Source: Candidatus Woesearchaeota archaeon (GTDB taxonomy: Archaea; Nanobdellota; Nanobdellia; Woesearchaeales; JACJVW01). Taken from it: a stretch of 53,881 nucleotides of DNA. This document shows, one piece after another, positions 7,517-18,000 of this stretch (the first letter of the stretch is position 1; every line of letters begins with the position of its first letter). The notes under the pieces are model-generated. The model worked only from the letters and a program-made list of their open reading frames with translations, was not told the DNA's origin and did not search any database. Position numbers and translations under genes: made by a program. Location: contig JAWOGQ010000093.1 of NCBI GenBank assembly GCA_046496745.1, forward strand, positions 1 to 53,881, read 5' to 3'.

Positions 7517-8016
7517 AATCTCTGGCAATCGCGATTGCATTTAGGACTCTGGCCTGAGAAATTAAGAGGGAGAATCAGATCCTTGGCGGTGGAGATAACT
7601 ATGTTCATCTCAACGTCACGTACATTGCTGTTATCACGAAGATGCGTATTGACAATCCCTTCCAGGCATTTGAGATCTGTGGAGACAAATAAAAGGCATA
7701 GGTTATAGCGTCCTGATATGACAAGACCGTTGATGAAGTAAGGGCAACCTTCGAACTCTTCCAGGACAGCTTTTGTATCTGATGCATATACATCAACCTT
7801 TGCAAGGAAAAGATCAACCACCTTGAAATTGACACCGTTAACGAGAGTGATTATCCCTTTCTCTGAAAGCTTCTTTATCCTAGCACCAACTGATGGCTGG
7901 GAGAGTTTTATCTTACGGGCAATCTCTTCCTGAGATATCCTGGGATTCTCCTGGAGAAGGGAGATTATGGTATAATCCCGCTGATCAAGGCCTAGCTTTC
8001 CTTTAAAAAAATCCAT
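7513..8016 (-). CDS. Lrp/AsnC-family transcriptional regulator
   Basis: N-terminal HTH (DQRDYTIISLLQENPRISQEEIARKIKLSQPSVGARIKKLSEKGII) plus a C-terminal RAM-like domain. Its stop overlaps the FNR-like gene's stop in CTAG (7513-7516). Confidence 0.8.
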   Translation of the reverse strand: MDFFKGKLGLDQRDYTIISLLQENPRISQEEIARKIKLSQPSVGARIKKLSEKGIITLVNGVNFKVVDLFLAKVDVYASDTKAVLEEFEGCPYFINGLVISGRYNLCLLFVSTDLKCLEGIVNTHLRDNSNVRDVEMNIVISTAKDLILPLNFSGQSPKCNRDCQRF

Positions 8017-8141
8017 ACTGAAAAAGAGGGAGAGATATTATTTAAGTGTTTTTATTAAATATAAGCATAATATGAGGAAACTTATATTCTAAAGCTATAA
8101 CATTTATATATTTTCAAGCCCTTATACAAGATGGTGGAATA

Positions 8142-8327
8142 ATGATAAACAAAGATATGACTATACAGGAAGTACTATCCAAGAAGCCGGAAGCGGCAGA
8201 AATAATGCAGGATTTTGGCATGCACTGCCTAGGCTGCATGATCGCCAGTTCAGAATCCCTGGAAGAGGGAGCAAAAGCACACGGGATAGACCCGGAAAAG
8301 CTTCTCACTGAAATAAACAAGAGGTGA
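8142..8327 (+). CDS. DUF1858-type small redox-associated protein (hybrid-cluster-protein-associated CxxC domain)
   Basis: 61 aa. TIQEVLSKKPEAAEIMQDFGMHCLGCMIASSESLEEGAKAHGID matches the DUF1858 pattern as I remember it. Confidence 0.7.
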   Translation: MINKDMTIQEVLSKKPEAAEIMQDFGMHCLGCMIASSESLEEGAKAHGIDPEKLLTEINKR

Positions 8328-8332
8328 TTGAG

Positions 8333-8464
8333 ATGGATGTTACATGCAATAAAGGTAAATGTGTTGATACAGACAGCCTGGAATATGAGATTGATGAAAT
8401 ATCAGAAAAGACATTACCAGGACAGATCGAAAAGGACATGCTAAAAAAGAACCTAAAGATTTAA
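8333..8464 (+). CDS. Possible 43-aa small protein (not in the ORF track)
   Basis: MDVTCNKGKCVDTDSLEYEIDEISEKTLPGQIEKDMLKKNLKI*. GAGGTGA (8321-8327) lies 5 nt upstream of the ATG and overlaps the previous stop. No homology can be judged. Confidence 0.3.
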   Translation: MDVTCNKGKCVDTDSLEYEIDEISEKTLPGQIEKDMLKKNLKI

Positions 8465-8489
8465 ATTATTCAATTTTTTTATTTTTACT

Positions 8490-8903
8490 ATGGAAGAGAT
8501 AATAAAAGCAGCCATAATGGTTGAGGAACAGGCAAGGGATATGTACCTGAAAGCAAAGGAGTTCGCAACGACTGAATCACAAAAAGAATTACTTCAAAGG
8601 CTTGCTGATGAGGAACAGGGACACAAGGAAAAACTTGAGACCATGGATTTCCAGTTAGATGTCAAATATGATAACAGGATAGCTGAAACCCTAAGCCTTA
8701 CACCGCTGGATGAGTTCGGTGACCTAAAGGAGATACTGCAGATAGCAATGAAAAGGGAAGATGCAGAACGTGAGACATACATAATGCTCAGGGATAGCTG
8801 TGAATCAGAAGAGTTAAGGGATATATTTGAGCAGCTGGCATCTGAAGAGAAAGGCCATAAAGAACTACTCAGGAAAGAGTTTGCACTTATGTTTGGAGAC
8901 TAG
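8490..8903 (+). CDS. Ferritin-like diiron protein (paralogue of 5418-5846)
   Basis: 137 aa with two half-sites (VEEQARDMY..ADEEQGHKEKLE and REDAERETY..ASEEKGHKELL). Confidence 0.8.
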   Translation: MEEIIKAAIMVEEQARDMYLKAKEFATTESQKELLQRLADEEQGHKEKLETMDFQLDVKYDNRIAETLSLTPLDEFGDLKEILQIAMKREDAERETYIMLRDSCESEELRDIFEQLASEEKGHKELLRKEFALMFGD

Positions 8904-8904
8904 A

Positions 8905-10797
8905 CTATTTCAGCCTGTGCGCTTCAAGATTACGGGGAGCGACTGTCTCTACACGGCATGCCTTATGTATCGAAGATGCAAGGTCCAGGCATCTTGAATT
9001 CTCACCATGCACGATCATAACTTTCTTTGGTTTCGGATTGATACGATGGACATAGTTCATTAGCTGTTTCCTGTCAGAGTGACCGGTTATCTCTACCTTA
9101 AGGACTTCCATCTTTATCTCCACAATCTCCTGTTTATTGCCTGACTTGAAGATAATCTCCCGTTCACCTGACTGAATCCTTCTTCCCAGGGAACCTTCTG
9201 CCTGGTAACATGAGAAGACAAGAGAGTTGTTCTTGTTCTCTGCGAACTCCCTCAGATATTCGATAGAGGGACCACCTACAAGCATTCCTGAGGTTGCAAG
9301 CACTATGCAGGATCCTTCTTCTTCTATTAACTGCCTTCTTTCTTTCTTACTTCCTACTCGCTTGAATATTGGTGATAAGAAAGGGTTTGCATCCTTATGG
9401 AAGATCATCTTCCTTACAGAATTGTTCATGAACTCAGGGTATGCAGTATGGATTGCTGTAACATCCCATACAAGCCCATCGATATATACAGGAGTCTCAG
9501 GTATCTGCTTAGTCCTTACCAACTGCTCAATCATGACCATTATCTCCTGGGCTCTGCCTGAACCAAGGGTTGGGATGAGAACCTTTCCTTTACGATTGAT
9601 CGTGTTAATGACTATATCCTTCAGCTGGCCGTCACCTTCCTTTTGCGGAGGAAGGACATTGTCCCGGGCACCATAAGTTGATTCGACAATCAAGGTCTCA
9701 AGACGAGGAAAATCTGAATGGGCTGCTGAAAGAAGCCCTGTGTTCGCAAACTTGAGGTCACCTGTATAAAGAAGATTATGCAGTCCATTGCCAATATGAA
9801 GATGAGCCATGGCTGAACCCAGGTTGTGCCCTGCATTATACAAGGTCAGACGGATATCAGGTGTTATGTCTGTAACTTCCTCATAATCCAGGCAGATAGT
9901 GTGCTTAACCATCTCTTTTACATCATCAACTGAAAAGAGAGGGTCCTTGTTCTCACCACGTGCAATCTTTATGAGATCAAGAAGCATAAGACCCATTACA
10001 TCACGGGTTGGCATGGTACAGTAAACCGGACCACGGTAACCCATCTTGAAAAGCCATGGAACCAGGCCGCAATGGTCAAGGTGGGAGTGGGTTATAACAA
10101 CCGCATCAAGCTCTTCAATCTTGAACTCAGGCGCCTCGAGATGAGGATATTGATCATGATCGTTTGCAGCTACATCTATGCCGCAATCAAGCAATACACG
10201 TGATTCAGGGGTATGGACAAACAGCGAGGAACGGCCTACCTGCCTTCCTCCACCCAGGGTTGTGACACGGATCCATTCGTCTTTCTTTCCCCTGATCCAG
10301 CCGTCATAGATTCGATGACCTACATTGTCAAGGAATTTCCGGCGATATTCGGAATTATTATAGAGAACCATACGGATATTGTCAACAATATCTGTCTTTA
10401 TAGGAGCAGTCCTCCGGATATGAGGCACCCATAAGGTCTTTGCCCGGATATCCCGCAGTATTGAACCTTGCTTACCTATCGCAAGACCAGGTTTTTCTGC
10501 TTCTATTATCACACGTGAACGGTTAGGGTCAAAAATCACGTTGCAGAGCCCTGCCTCTTCAGGAACAAGATTCCTTATTTCCTTTTCAGCACGTTCGGGT
10601 TCTACAGTTATAGACGGGTCAGGACGGAGCTCAATCCTTTTCTTGATCTCATGGACAATCTTTTTAATGAGTCCATTGTTCTCAAGAAAGAAATCCTTAT
10701 CCTTTGTATAAAGGACAATATTTGCTCCTTCAAAACCTGCTTCGCTGACCTTGTTCTTGGGGATATGCTTAAGTATTTCGTCGATTATTTCACTCAT
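8905..10797 (-). CDS. fttA: aCPSF1/FttA: KH-domain beta-CASP metallo-beta-lactamase ribonuclease (archaeal transcription termination factor)
   Basis: 630 aa. It has N-terminal KH modules (GLAIGKQGSILRDIRAKT), the MBL motif ITHSHLDHCG and a beta-CASP region ending in HGE. Confidence 0.9.
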   Translation of the reverse strand: MSEIIDEILKHIPKNKVSEAGFEGANIVLYTKDKDFFLENNGLIKKIVHEIKKRIELRPDPSITVEPERAEKEIRNLVPEEAGLCNVIFDPNRSRVIIEAEKPGLAIGKQGSILRDIRAKTLWVPHIRRTAPIKTDIVDNIRMVLYNNSEYRRKFLDNVGHRIYDGWIRGKKDEWIRVTTLGGGRQVGRSSLFVHTPESRVLLDCGIDVAANDHDQYPHLEAPEFKIEELDAVVITHSHLDHCGLVPWLFKMGYRGPVYCTMPTRDVMGLMLLDLIKIARGENKDPLFSVDDVKEMVKHTICLDYEEVTDITPDIRLTLYNAGHNLGSAMAHLHIGNGLHNLLYTGDLKFANTGLLSAAHSDFPRLETLIVESTYGARDNVLPPQKEGDGQLKDIVINTINRKGKVLIPTLGSGRAQEIMVMIEQLVRTKQIPETPVYIDGLVWDVTAIHTAYPEFMNNSVRKMIFHKDANPFLSPIFKRVGSKKERRQLIEEEGSCIVLATSGMLVGGPSIEYLREFAENKNNSLVFSCYQAEGSLGRRIQSGEREIIFKSGNKQEIVEIKMEVLKVEITGHSDRKQLMNYVHRINPKPKKVMIVHGENSRCLDLASSIHKACRVETVAPRNLEAHRLK

Positions 10798-10819
10798 GTG
10801 CTACACCAAAAAAGAGAAT

Positions 10820-11455
10820 TTAATTTATTTTGTATTCGATCTCCTGATGAAGAACCTTCTTTGCACCATCTTTTGTGATGGTGTAAATCTCAGCTCCGTT
10901 TCCGGATGCGCTGTCTCTTGCTATTGCTGCATTAATGCATTGCTTTGCAAGCTTAACACCTTCTTCAAGTGTCATCTTATCCTTGTAAAGTGTTTCAAGC
11001 ACACCATATGCCATAACACTTCCTGAACCTGATGAGATATATTGCTTGCATTCAGAGATTGTTCCATCTGGGAATATGTCGAAAAGATATGCTCCTGTCT
11101 CATCATGCCCACCCATTACGAAGTGAGACACTCCTGGAATCATGCTTGGACGCCTGATATTCTGATAGACCATCCGTGACATAAGATTTGCAGCCTCTCT
11201 TACTGAAGAATCCAGGTTATTCCTTATAGCCTTTATCTTAAGTTCTGCCTTTGTAAGCCTGATAAGCATCTGACCATCTGATGCAGTACCTGCCATCGTG
11301 ACTGCAATGCTGTCTGTAAGCTGAGCAATCTTTTCTGTGTCTTTTGATGCGATCAAATTACCTGCTGTTGCCCGCATGTCTGCAGCAAGAACTATACCGT
11401 CCTTGCATACAATACCTAATGTTGTTGTACCAGTTTTCATAACGTTTTCTGCCAT
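10820..11455 (-). CDS. psmB: Proteasome subunit beta
   Basis: A short propeptide precedes the catalytic Thr (MAENVMKTG/TTTLGIVCKDGIVLAADMRAT). I chose the ATG at 11455 over 11491 because AATATATTA lies ~25 nt upstream of it. Confidence 0.9.
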   Translation of the reverse strand: MAENVMKTGTTTLGIVCKDGIVLAADMRATAGNLIASKDTEKIAQLTDSIAVTMAGTASDGQMLIRLTKAELKIKAIRNNLDSSVREAANLMSRMVYQNIRRPSMIPGVSHFVMGGHDETGAYLFDIFPDGTISECKQYISSGSGSVMAYGVLETLYKDKMTLEEGVKLAKQCINAAIARDSASGNGAEIYTITKDGAKKVLHQEIEYKIN

Positions 11456-11524
11456 TTTAACCATAAGAATTCTAATATATTGGGTGAACATCTCAGTTTA
11501 TTTAAAGGTTTCGATTTGAAGGGT

Positions 11525-12121
11525 TTAGAGGTCAATGTGTTTTCCTTCCTTTCCTACATTGAGCACAGTTGTCTCTCCGACTTTCTCCTCAATACCTTCT
11601 GCTTCATGTACATGAGAACATAAGAGGAATTTTGGTTTTAGTTCTTCAATTGCTTTTCTTACACCTGTGCTTCCGGGAACAAAATGTGAGAATTTCTCCA
11701 TCTTTGTGCCCGAAGGATGAACATGGGTCACCATAAGCTTATGCTCCAGATAACGGATTCTTTCAAATCCTTTCTTCAGGTTCTCAAAAATGTCTTCTTC
11801 ACTTATCTGGAAAACACCTATGTTTGCACCACCTGAACCGAAAATCCCAACATTATCGTACTTTACAGAATAACCATGTATATTTTTTATGTTGTATATC
11901 TCTGCAAGGAAATCTGCGGTTGCAATCGTCTCATGATTGCCAGGAATGATAAGAACTTTCTTATTGCGTTTCTTGAAAGGGCCGATTATATTGTCCAAGG
12001 ACTGGTCAGCATAAGCCAGGTCCCCGCATAGGATGACAAGGTCCGCATCAGATGATTTCTCAGCAAGCCTTTCAGCAAGACCCATGTCTCCATGTATGTC
12101 ACCTGCGGCAAAGATCCTCAT
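11525..12121 (-). CDS. Calcineurin-like metallophosphoesterase
   Basis: Motifs GDIHGD, GDLAY, GNHE and SHVH appear in the canonical order. Its start abuts the stop of the upstream TsaC-like gene. Confidence 0.8.
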   Translation of the reverse strand: MRIFAAGDIHGDMGLAERLAEKSSDADLVILCGDLAYADQSLDNIIGPFKKRNKKVLIIPGNHETIATADFLAEIYNIKNIHGYSVKYDNVGIFGSGGANIGVFQISEEDIFENLKKGFERIRYLEHKLMVTHVHPSGTKMEKFSHFVPGSTGVRKAIEELKPKFLLCSHVHEAEGIEEKVGETTVLNVGKEGKHIDL

Positions 12122-12706
12122 TCAAATCACTTTACGATAACCGAAGTCTTCAAGATCAACCTTTGCGAGGTTAACTATAGTGGATGGACTCCCGTGAATC
12201 TCACCTTCGTAAATTGTGAAATTGACTTTTGATTTAAGTTCAGAAGAGATGTTCTCAATAGAGGTCATGAATTCCTGGCCTCTAATATTTGCGCTGGTTG
12301 TAACTATGGGAACTCCAATTTCTGATACTGCCTGGCTGATCCAGTGATCAGGTATACGAACACCGATGGAATCGCTATTCCCATTAACATTCCCAGAAAG
12401 CGCTTCGTTCTTCAATTTGAGAATAAGAGTATAAGGGCCGGGTAGCTTATTCAACCATTCCTCAGCAGCCTCATCAACATGGCAATGCTCGCGTATCCAG
12501 TCTTTAGACGGTGCGATGATAGAGAAGGGTTTCTCTTTAGGTCTTTTCTTAAGAGCCCTGATCTTATCTACACATTCCTCATCAAATGCATGACAACCTA
12601 ATCCGTATATTGTATCAGTAGGATGGATAAAAATCTCACCCGACAAGATGCGTCTTTTGAAATGTTCGCGTTGATGCTTTAGTTCGTCTTTAGTTATGAC
12701 ATGCAT
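12122..12706 (-). CDS. tsaC: L-threonylcarbamoyladenylate synthase, YrdC/Sua5-domain protein (t6A pathway)
   Basis: Motifs IHPTDTIYGLGC, KKRPKEKPFSII and TSANIRGQE. I chose the ATG at 12706 because ATTATTTAAA lies ~27 nt upstream. The track start at 12772 adds 22 non-conserved-looking residues. Confidence 0.8.
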   Translation of the reverse strand: MHVITKDELKHQREHFKRRILSGEIFIHPTDTIYGLGCHAFDEECVDKIRALKKRPKEKPFSIIAPSKDWIREHCHVDEAAEEWLNKLPGPYTLILKLKNEALSGNVNGNSDSIGVRIPDHWISQAVSEIGVPIVTTSANIRGQEFMTSIENISSELKSKVNFTIYEGEIHGSPSTIVNLAKVDLEDFGYRKVI

Positions 12707-12762
12707 ACTATATGGTAGTATTTGAGCGTTTAAATAATTTGTGTTACACTTTTTTAAACTTG

Positions 12763-12876
12763 TCAAAACCATGCATCACTAAACTGGGTGTCAAAACTCC
12801 TTATCTTTGCCTGTTCTGTCAATGCCTTGACCTGCCTATAAAATAAATCCTCTATTGTTTGTGTACTCAGATCCAT
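12763..12876 (-). CDS. Possible 37-aa small protein
   Basis: MDLSTQTIEDLFYRQVKALTEQAKIRSFDTQFSDAWF*. GAGGTGA lies 6 nt upstream of the ATG at 12876, and CCTATATAAAAAAAG lies ~45 nt upstream. The 70-aa track ORF (GTG at 12975) would start upstream of this promoter-like signal. Confidence 0.35.
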   Translation of the reverse strand: MDLSTQTIEDLFYRQVKALTEQAKIRSFDTQFSDAWF

Positions 12877-13009
12877 TAATATCACCTCAAAAACTAAAGA
12901 GAGTTCTTTTTTTATATAGGCTATTGGTAAATGTCCAGTGGAAGTGTCTTCATTATCCTGCCCAAGGCCTGCCACAAGTTTTATAAACTAATTCAAATAT
13001 GATACATGC

Positions 13010-13267
13010 ATGTCAGACCTGATATTCTTACTGAAGATAGGGCTTGGGATACTAGCTTTTGTCCTTATAGTAAGGTTTCTCTTTAGCATGAGCTCCCAGG
13101 AACATTACAAGAGGTCTCCTGAACAAATCAGAAAAGAGATCGAAAAATTCAAGGGGGATCTCTCCAAACTGAAACAAAAGATCCCTTCAAGCGAATACGG
13201 GCAGCTGATGGATGACCTGATGGAAGAGTATTACAAGGCTAGGGAAGATGGCCAGAAAAAAGATTGA
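13010..13267 (+). CDS. Small single-pass membrane protein with a charged helical tail
   Basis: 85 aa with TM helix IFLLKIGLGILAFVLIVRFLF followed by a K/E-rich helix. TTTTATAAA lies ~26 nt upstream of the ATG. Confidence 0.55.
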   Translation: MSDLIFLLKIGLGILAFVLIVRFLFSMSSQEHYKRSPEQIRKEIEKFKGDLSKLKQKIPSSEYGQLMDDLMEEYYKAREDGQKKD

Positions 13268-13895
13268 GATTCTTACGATCGGTGCGCATAACGATGATTA
13301 TGTAGTAGGAGCAGGAGGCACCCTTGTAAAGTATACAAAGGAAAACAAGAATTTCCAGTCAATTGTATTCTCATATGGAGAGATGTCTCACCCACATTAT
13401 AAAGAGAAAGTGAGCATCCCTATGCGTGTGAAAGAATCCCACCGGGCAGATAAGATCCTTGGAGGTTCAGGCGTGATATACCTCGGGATCAAGGAAGGGA
13501 CATTCCTGGAACATAAGGAGATGGCAAAGAATAATATAAGGAAAGTAATAGAGGAACAAAAGCCAGAGAAGATCTTCACGCATACATCAAATGACCCTCA
13601 CCCAGACCATATTGCAGTCAATTCAATAGTGATGGAGTTGCTGGAAGAGATTAATTTCAAAGGAGATGTATATTCTTTTGACGTGTGGAACATACTCAAT
13701 TTCAAGAAGAATACTTCACCACAACTAGTAGTTGACATAAAAGATACTTTCTGGAGCAAGATGAATGCTTTCAAGGCACACAAGAGCCAGAGAGTAGTTT
13801 ACATGGTACTTGTATTAAACCTTTATATCAAGGCCTTTCTGAATGGGCTGAAACACGGACACCGTTATTGCGAGGTATTCAACAGGATACGATGA
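13248..13895 (+). CDS. PIG-L/LmbE-family N-acetylglucosaminyl deacetylase
   Basis: ILTIGAHNDDYVVGAGGT (the AHxDD metal motif) and HPDH, at typical family length. Confidence 0.8.
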   Translation: MARKKIEILTIGAHNDDYVVGAGGTLVKYTKENKNFQSIVFSYGEMSHPHYKEKVSIPMRVKESHRADKILGGSGVIYLGIKEGTFLEHKEMAKNNIRKVIEEQKPEKIFTHTSNDPHPDHIAVNSIVMELLEEINFKGDVYSFDVWNILNFKKNTSPQLVVDIKDTFWSKMNAFKAHKSQRVVYMVLVLNLYIKAFLNGLKHGHRYCEVFNRIR

Positions 13896-15016
13896 AAAAA
13901 CTATTGATAATCACGGACTCGTTCCCTCCGAGATGGGACGGGATCTCAAGATTTCTTACAGAGCTCATCCCTTCTCTTACCAAACACTTCCAGGTTACAG
14001 TTATCGCACCAGAGTTCAAGGGAAATATAGAGGCTTCAGGCTATAACCTTATCCTTGTCCCAACATACAAATTCAGCCTTGGAGATTATACACCTGCCCA
14101 TGTCCCTAAAAGGCTTATCAAGAAAGAGATCAAAAAACATAGTATCATATGGTCACAGACATTAGGACCTTTAGGTTGTTTTGGGATAAGATACGCATAC
14201 AAAATGAAGAAACAGGTTGCAGCATTCACGCATTCCATCGAATGGGAGCTTTTCAGCCGCAGCATCACGCGGTCTTTTTTGCTTCGAAGCGGGATCTCAA
14301 AATTTACAGAGGCGCTTGTACGTTATCATTATAACAGGTGTAACCTACTCATGATACCTTCTGAAGGGATTCGCGAGAAACTAAGAGAACACCATATAAG
14401 CACAAAGACTAAAGTGATACATCTTGGTACTGATGTTCACAGGTTCAAACCTCCAAAGGATAAGGGAGCTGCAAAGAAAGCCATAGGGCTCAAGGAGGAT
14501 TCTACTGTAATAGGATATGTAGGAAGGATTGGAAGGGAAAAAGACCTTCCCACTCTGCATACTGCTTTCTCAGAACTAAGGGAGAAGCATGACAATCTTC
14601 ATCTTGTGATAGTTGGAGAAGGAAACAAGAGCGAAGAGGAAAAGATACAGGGAAGCGGAGTCATGCGGCTGGGAAGCATTGACAACGTGGTACCCTACCT
14701 GCAGGCAATGGATATCTATGTGCTGCCCAGCCTGACAGAGACTTCTTCTCTTTCTACGATGGAGGCAATGTCCACAGGGCTTGCAGTGGTGACAACACCA
14801 GTAGGCCATCTTAGATACTACATCAAAAACCGGGATAATGGGCTGCTGTTCCACCCACAGGACAGTTATGAATTAAAGGACCTGCTGGAGGAACTTATCC
14901 TTGACCCGAATTTCAGACTGGAACTTGGGAAAAAAGCACGTGAAACAATGATCAGGGATTACTCCTGGCAACAGACAGAAGAAAAGATCATAGAGGAACT
15001 TAATTCTATACCTTAA
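13892..15016 (+). CDS. GT4-family (GT-B) glycosyltransferase
   Basis: MKKLLIITDSFPP N-terminus and the E-x7-E region (PSLTETSSLSTMEAMSTGLAVVTT). The ATG at 13892 overlaps the PIG-L stop (ATGA). Confidence 0.85.
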   Translation: MKKLLIITDSFPPRWDGISRFLTELIPSLTKHFQVTVIAPEFKGNIEASGYNLILVPTYKFSLGDYTPAHVPKRLIKKEIKKHSIIWSQTLGPLGCFGIRYAYKMKKQVAAFTHSIEWELFSRSITRSFLLRSGISKFTEALVRYHYNRCNLLMIPSEGIREKLREHHISTKTKVIHLGTDVHRFKPPKDKGAAKKAIGLKEDSTVIGYVGRIGREKDLPTLHTAFSELREKHDNLHLVIVGEGNKSEEEKIQGSGVMRLGSIDNVVPYLQAMDIYVLPSLTETSSLSTMEAMSTGLAVVTTPVGHLRYYIKNRDNGLLFHPQDSYELKDLLEELILDPNFRLELGKKARETMIRDYSWQQTEEKIIEELNSIP

Positions 15017-18000
15017 GACTTACAATCTTGCTTATGCCTGACTGCTGGTCCATCGATACTCCATAAAGGGTTGATGCTTCAGTGATGACCGCATCATTAT
15101 GGCTGATTATAACATACTGAGCATTCTCTGAATACTGGTGGATAAGCTGTGCAAGCTTCTCTGCATTGCGCTTATCAAGGGCTGCATCAACTTCATCCAG
15201 GATATAGAATGTGGCAGGCTCGCATTCTTGTATTGAAAAGATAAATGCAAGGGCTGTAAGGGTCTTTTCACCTCCTGAAAGGGAGCGAAGATCCATGTAT
15301 TTGGAGCCTGAGAGTTTAACCCTGACAATCATCCCACTTTCAAAGGGATTCTCTTCATCCTCTATTTCAAGGTACGCCTCACCCTTGGAAGAGAGTTTCT
15401 CAAAGATGGTTGAAAAATGGTCATTCACTTTCCTGAAGGTCTCCATGAACCTGGACTTTTTCTTGCCTTCAATCTCATCCATAAGAGAGATCACATCGTT
15501 CTTCTCACTGAGAAGTTTCTCCTTTTTCTCTACCAATGAATGATATTCTTTTTCAACACTCTCATAGATATCAAGGGCACGAAGGTTGACTGAACCTATC
15601 TTATCGCGGCTTCGTTCAAGATCCTTTACCTCTTTTTTCAGCTCTTCCTCTGAACGGTTCAGATCGACTTCCACATCCTGGAACTCTGCAAATTCCTCGT
15701 AAAGGGTTGAAAGATGCGCACCTATCTTTGAATCATCAAGGGAGATGGCATTTATCCTGTACTCATGGTTACGGGCTTTTTCCTCTGATAAGGCAAGGGT
15801 CTTTTCTATTGCCACAATCTCATCATTGAGCTTGGTCCTCTTTGCAAAGAGATCCTTGAACTGCTTATAGAATTCATTGAGTTTCTTTTCCTTTTCCTTC
15901 AGTTCTTTATCTTTATCATTGATCGAGTTCTTCAGTTCCTTTACCTGGGTCTCATACCCTGCTTTCTCTTTCTCGATCTCCTGTATTACTTTTTCTGTGT
16001 TTTCCTTGTCGCGGCCAAGCACGTCGTTGATCTTGGTATTGATTGCGGTGATCTCTGAATCAAGCTTCATTATCTCCTGATTCAAGTTATTCTTCTGCTC
16101 CTCAAAACTGTTGAGTTCTGCAAGAAGGCGGGGATTCCTAAGTTCGTTGAGCCTCTCTTTGGTTTTCTGGCGATCAACTTTGATCTGGGCAAGCTGCTTG
16201 TTCTTGGTGCTTATCTGGGCAGTAAGGTCGTCAGCCTGCTCTTCAAGATCTTTTGCCTGTTTTTGAAGATCCTCCTTATACTTGAGATTTGCATCAAGAT
16301 CATCGCTCTTGAGATGAAGCCCTTTCTCGACTTTGATTATCTCTCCTTCAAGATTCGCTTTCTCATCCCTGAGTTTTGATATCTCTTCTTCGTTCTCAGC
16401 TTTCCTGGAGCGCTTGGAGCTTATGGATGAATCAAGCTCTGCAACCATGCTCTCGTATTCCTCTATGCTCTGGCTCAATTCCTGTTCCTGGAAGGCTGCA
16501 CCACTCTTCTGCTGGGTACGATAACCTCCCTGCATAAGGCCTGAGGTCTCGACTATATCACCGGAGAGAGTTACCATCCTGATGCTACCAACACCTATAC
16601 GCCTGGCAACATCAACACTATCAACAACAATTGTGTTTCCAAAAACGTAACTGAATGCCTTCTTGAATTTCGGATCAAACTTGATAAGGTCAATCGCCCT
16701 GCCATGGCTTCCATTGGCTTTAGCATAGGTCCCTGCATTCTCGTCCTGACCCTTGATCTTGTTGAGGGGTATGAAACCTGCTGTACCTAACCGGTTCTGC
16801 TTGAGATAATTTATGCATTTTGCAGCTACACTGTCATCCTTGACCACTATGCTCTTTACCCTGGGTCCTGCTGCAACCTCCAGGGCAAGGGAATATTTGG
16901 AACTTACATTACCAAGCTCTGCAACTGTGCCGTATATGCCCTGGATACGTTTTTTCTGCTCAAGGATCTTCTGGACGGCAATGTTTCCTGATACCTTCTC
17001 CTTGATGCTTGCGTTTCGTGCTTCAAGCTTTGATAGCTCTTCTCTTGCCTTGTGAAGCTTGCTCTCAGAATCGCCTATCTCTGCGGCAAGTCTTGAGTTC
17101 TGGTCCAGTTTCTTGTTGAGTTCAAGCGTTATTTTCTTGAACCTGTCACGCTTGTTCTTGAGATCATCCAATTCTTTCTTGTGCTCCTTCTCTATCTCCT
17201 TTACTTTCTGTATCTGCTCATCAATGCTTGACATCTGGAATTCGATCTTATCCTGCTGACGGAAGAGTTCCTGCTGCTTTTCCCGGAGCTTTTGGATCTC
17301 TGATTGTATCTCATCTGCTTGAGAATCAAGCTTATCAATATGAGTGTCCATCTCAGCGGTATCATTGTCAAGATTATGCTTTTTCCTGAAATCCTCAATC
17401 TTCTTTTCAGTCTCTTTCCTGTCTTCGTCCCTGCGTTTCCTGCGTTCTTCCAGTGTTTTCAGCTGATCCTGTTGCTCCTTTATCTTTTCCTTGATGTCTT
17501 TTAGGTTCTCAGCCAGATTCGTTTTTCGTTCCTTGATGCGGCCGATCTCGGTCTCGTGGGAAGTGATCTTGGTCTTTGCTGTGGCGATGTCTATCCTTAG
17601 CTGCTCAATCTCCTTTTGCATTGATACCTGCTTTGTCTCGCCTTTTTCCTCGACTTGTTTTGAAATCTGCTCGATCTCACCGCGTCGTGTATCAATGTCT
17701 TTCTTGCTGGCTGCAATCTTGTCCTGAAGTTCCTGGAAGGCCTGTTTTTCCTTGTCAAGCTTTTCCTGGTTCTCCTTTCTTTCATCTTCCTTGCGATTTA
17801 TCTGTATCTTGAGGTAAGAGGCCTTGTTGCGCTTGATCTTGTCATTGAGTTCCTTGTATTTTAGTGCCTGATCCCGCTCGGTCTTGAGATCCTTGAGATA
17901 GGAGTGCCTTTCCTTGAGTACAATCTCTGCTTCTCCCAGCTTGTTGTCCACTTTATCCAACTCTTTCATAGCCTTGTCTTTCTTATCATCAAAGATGGAG

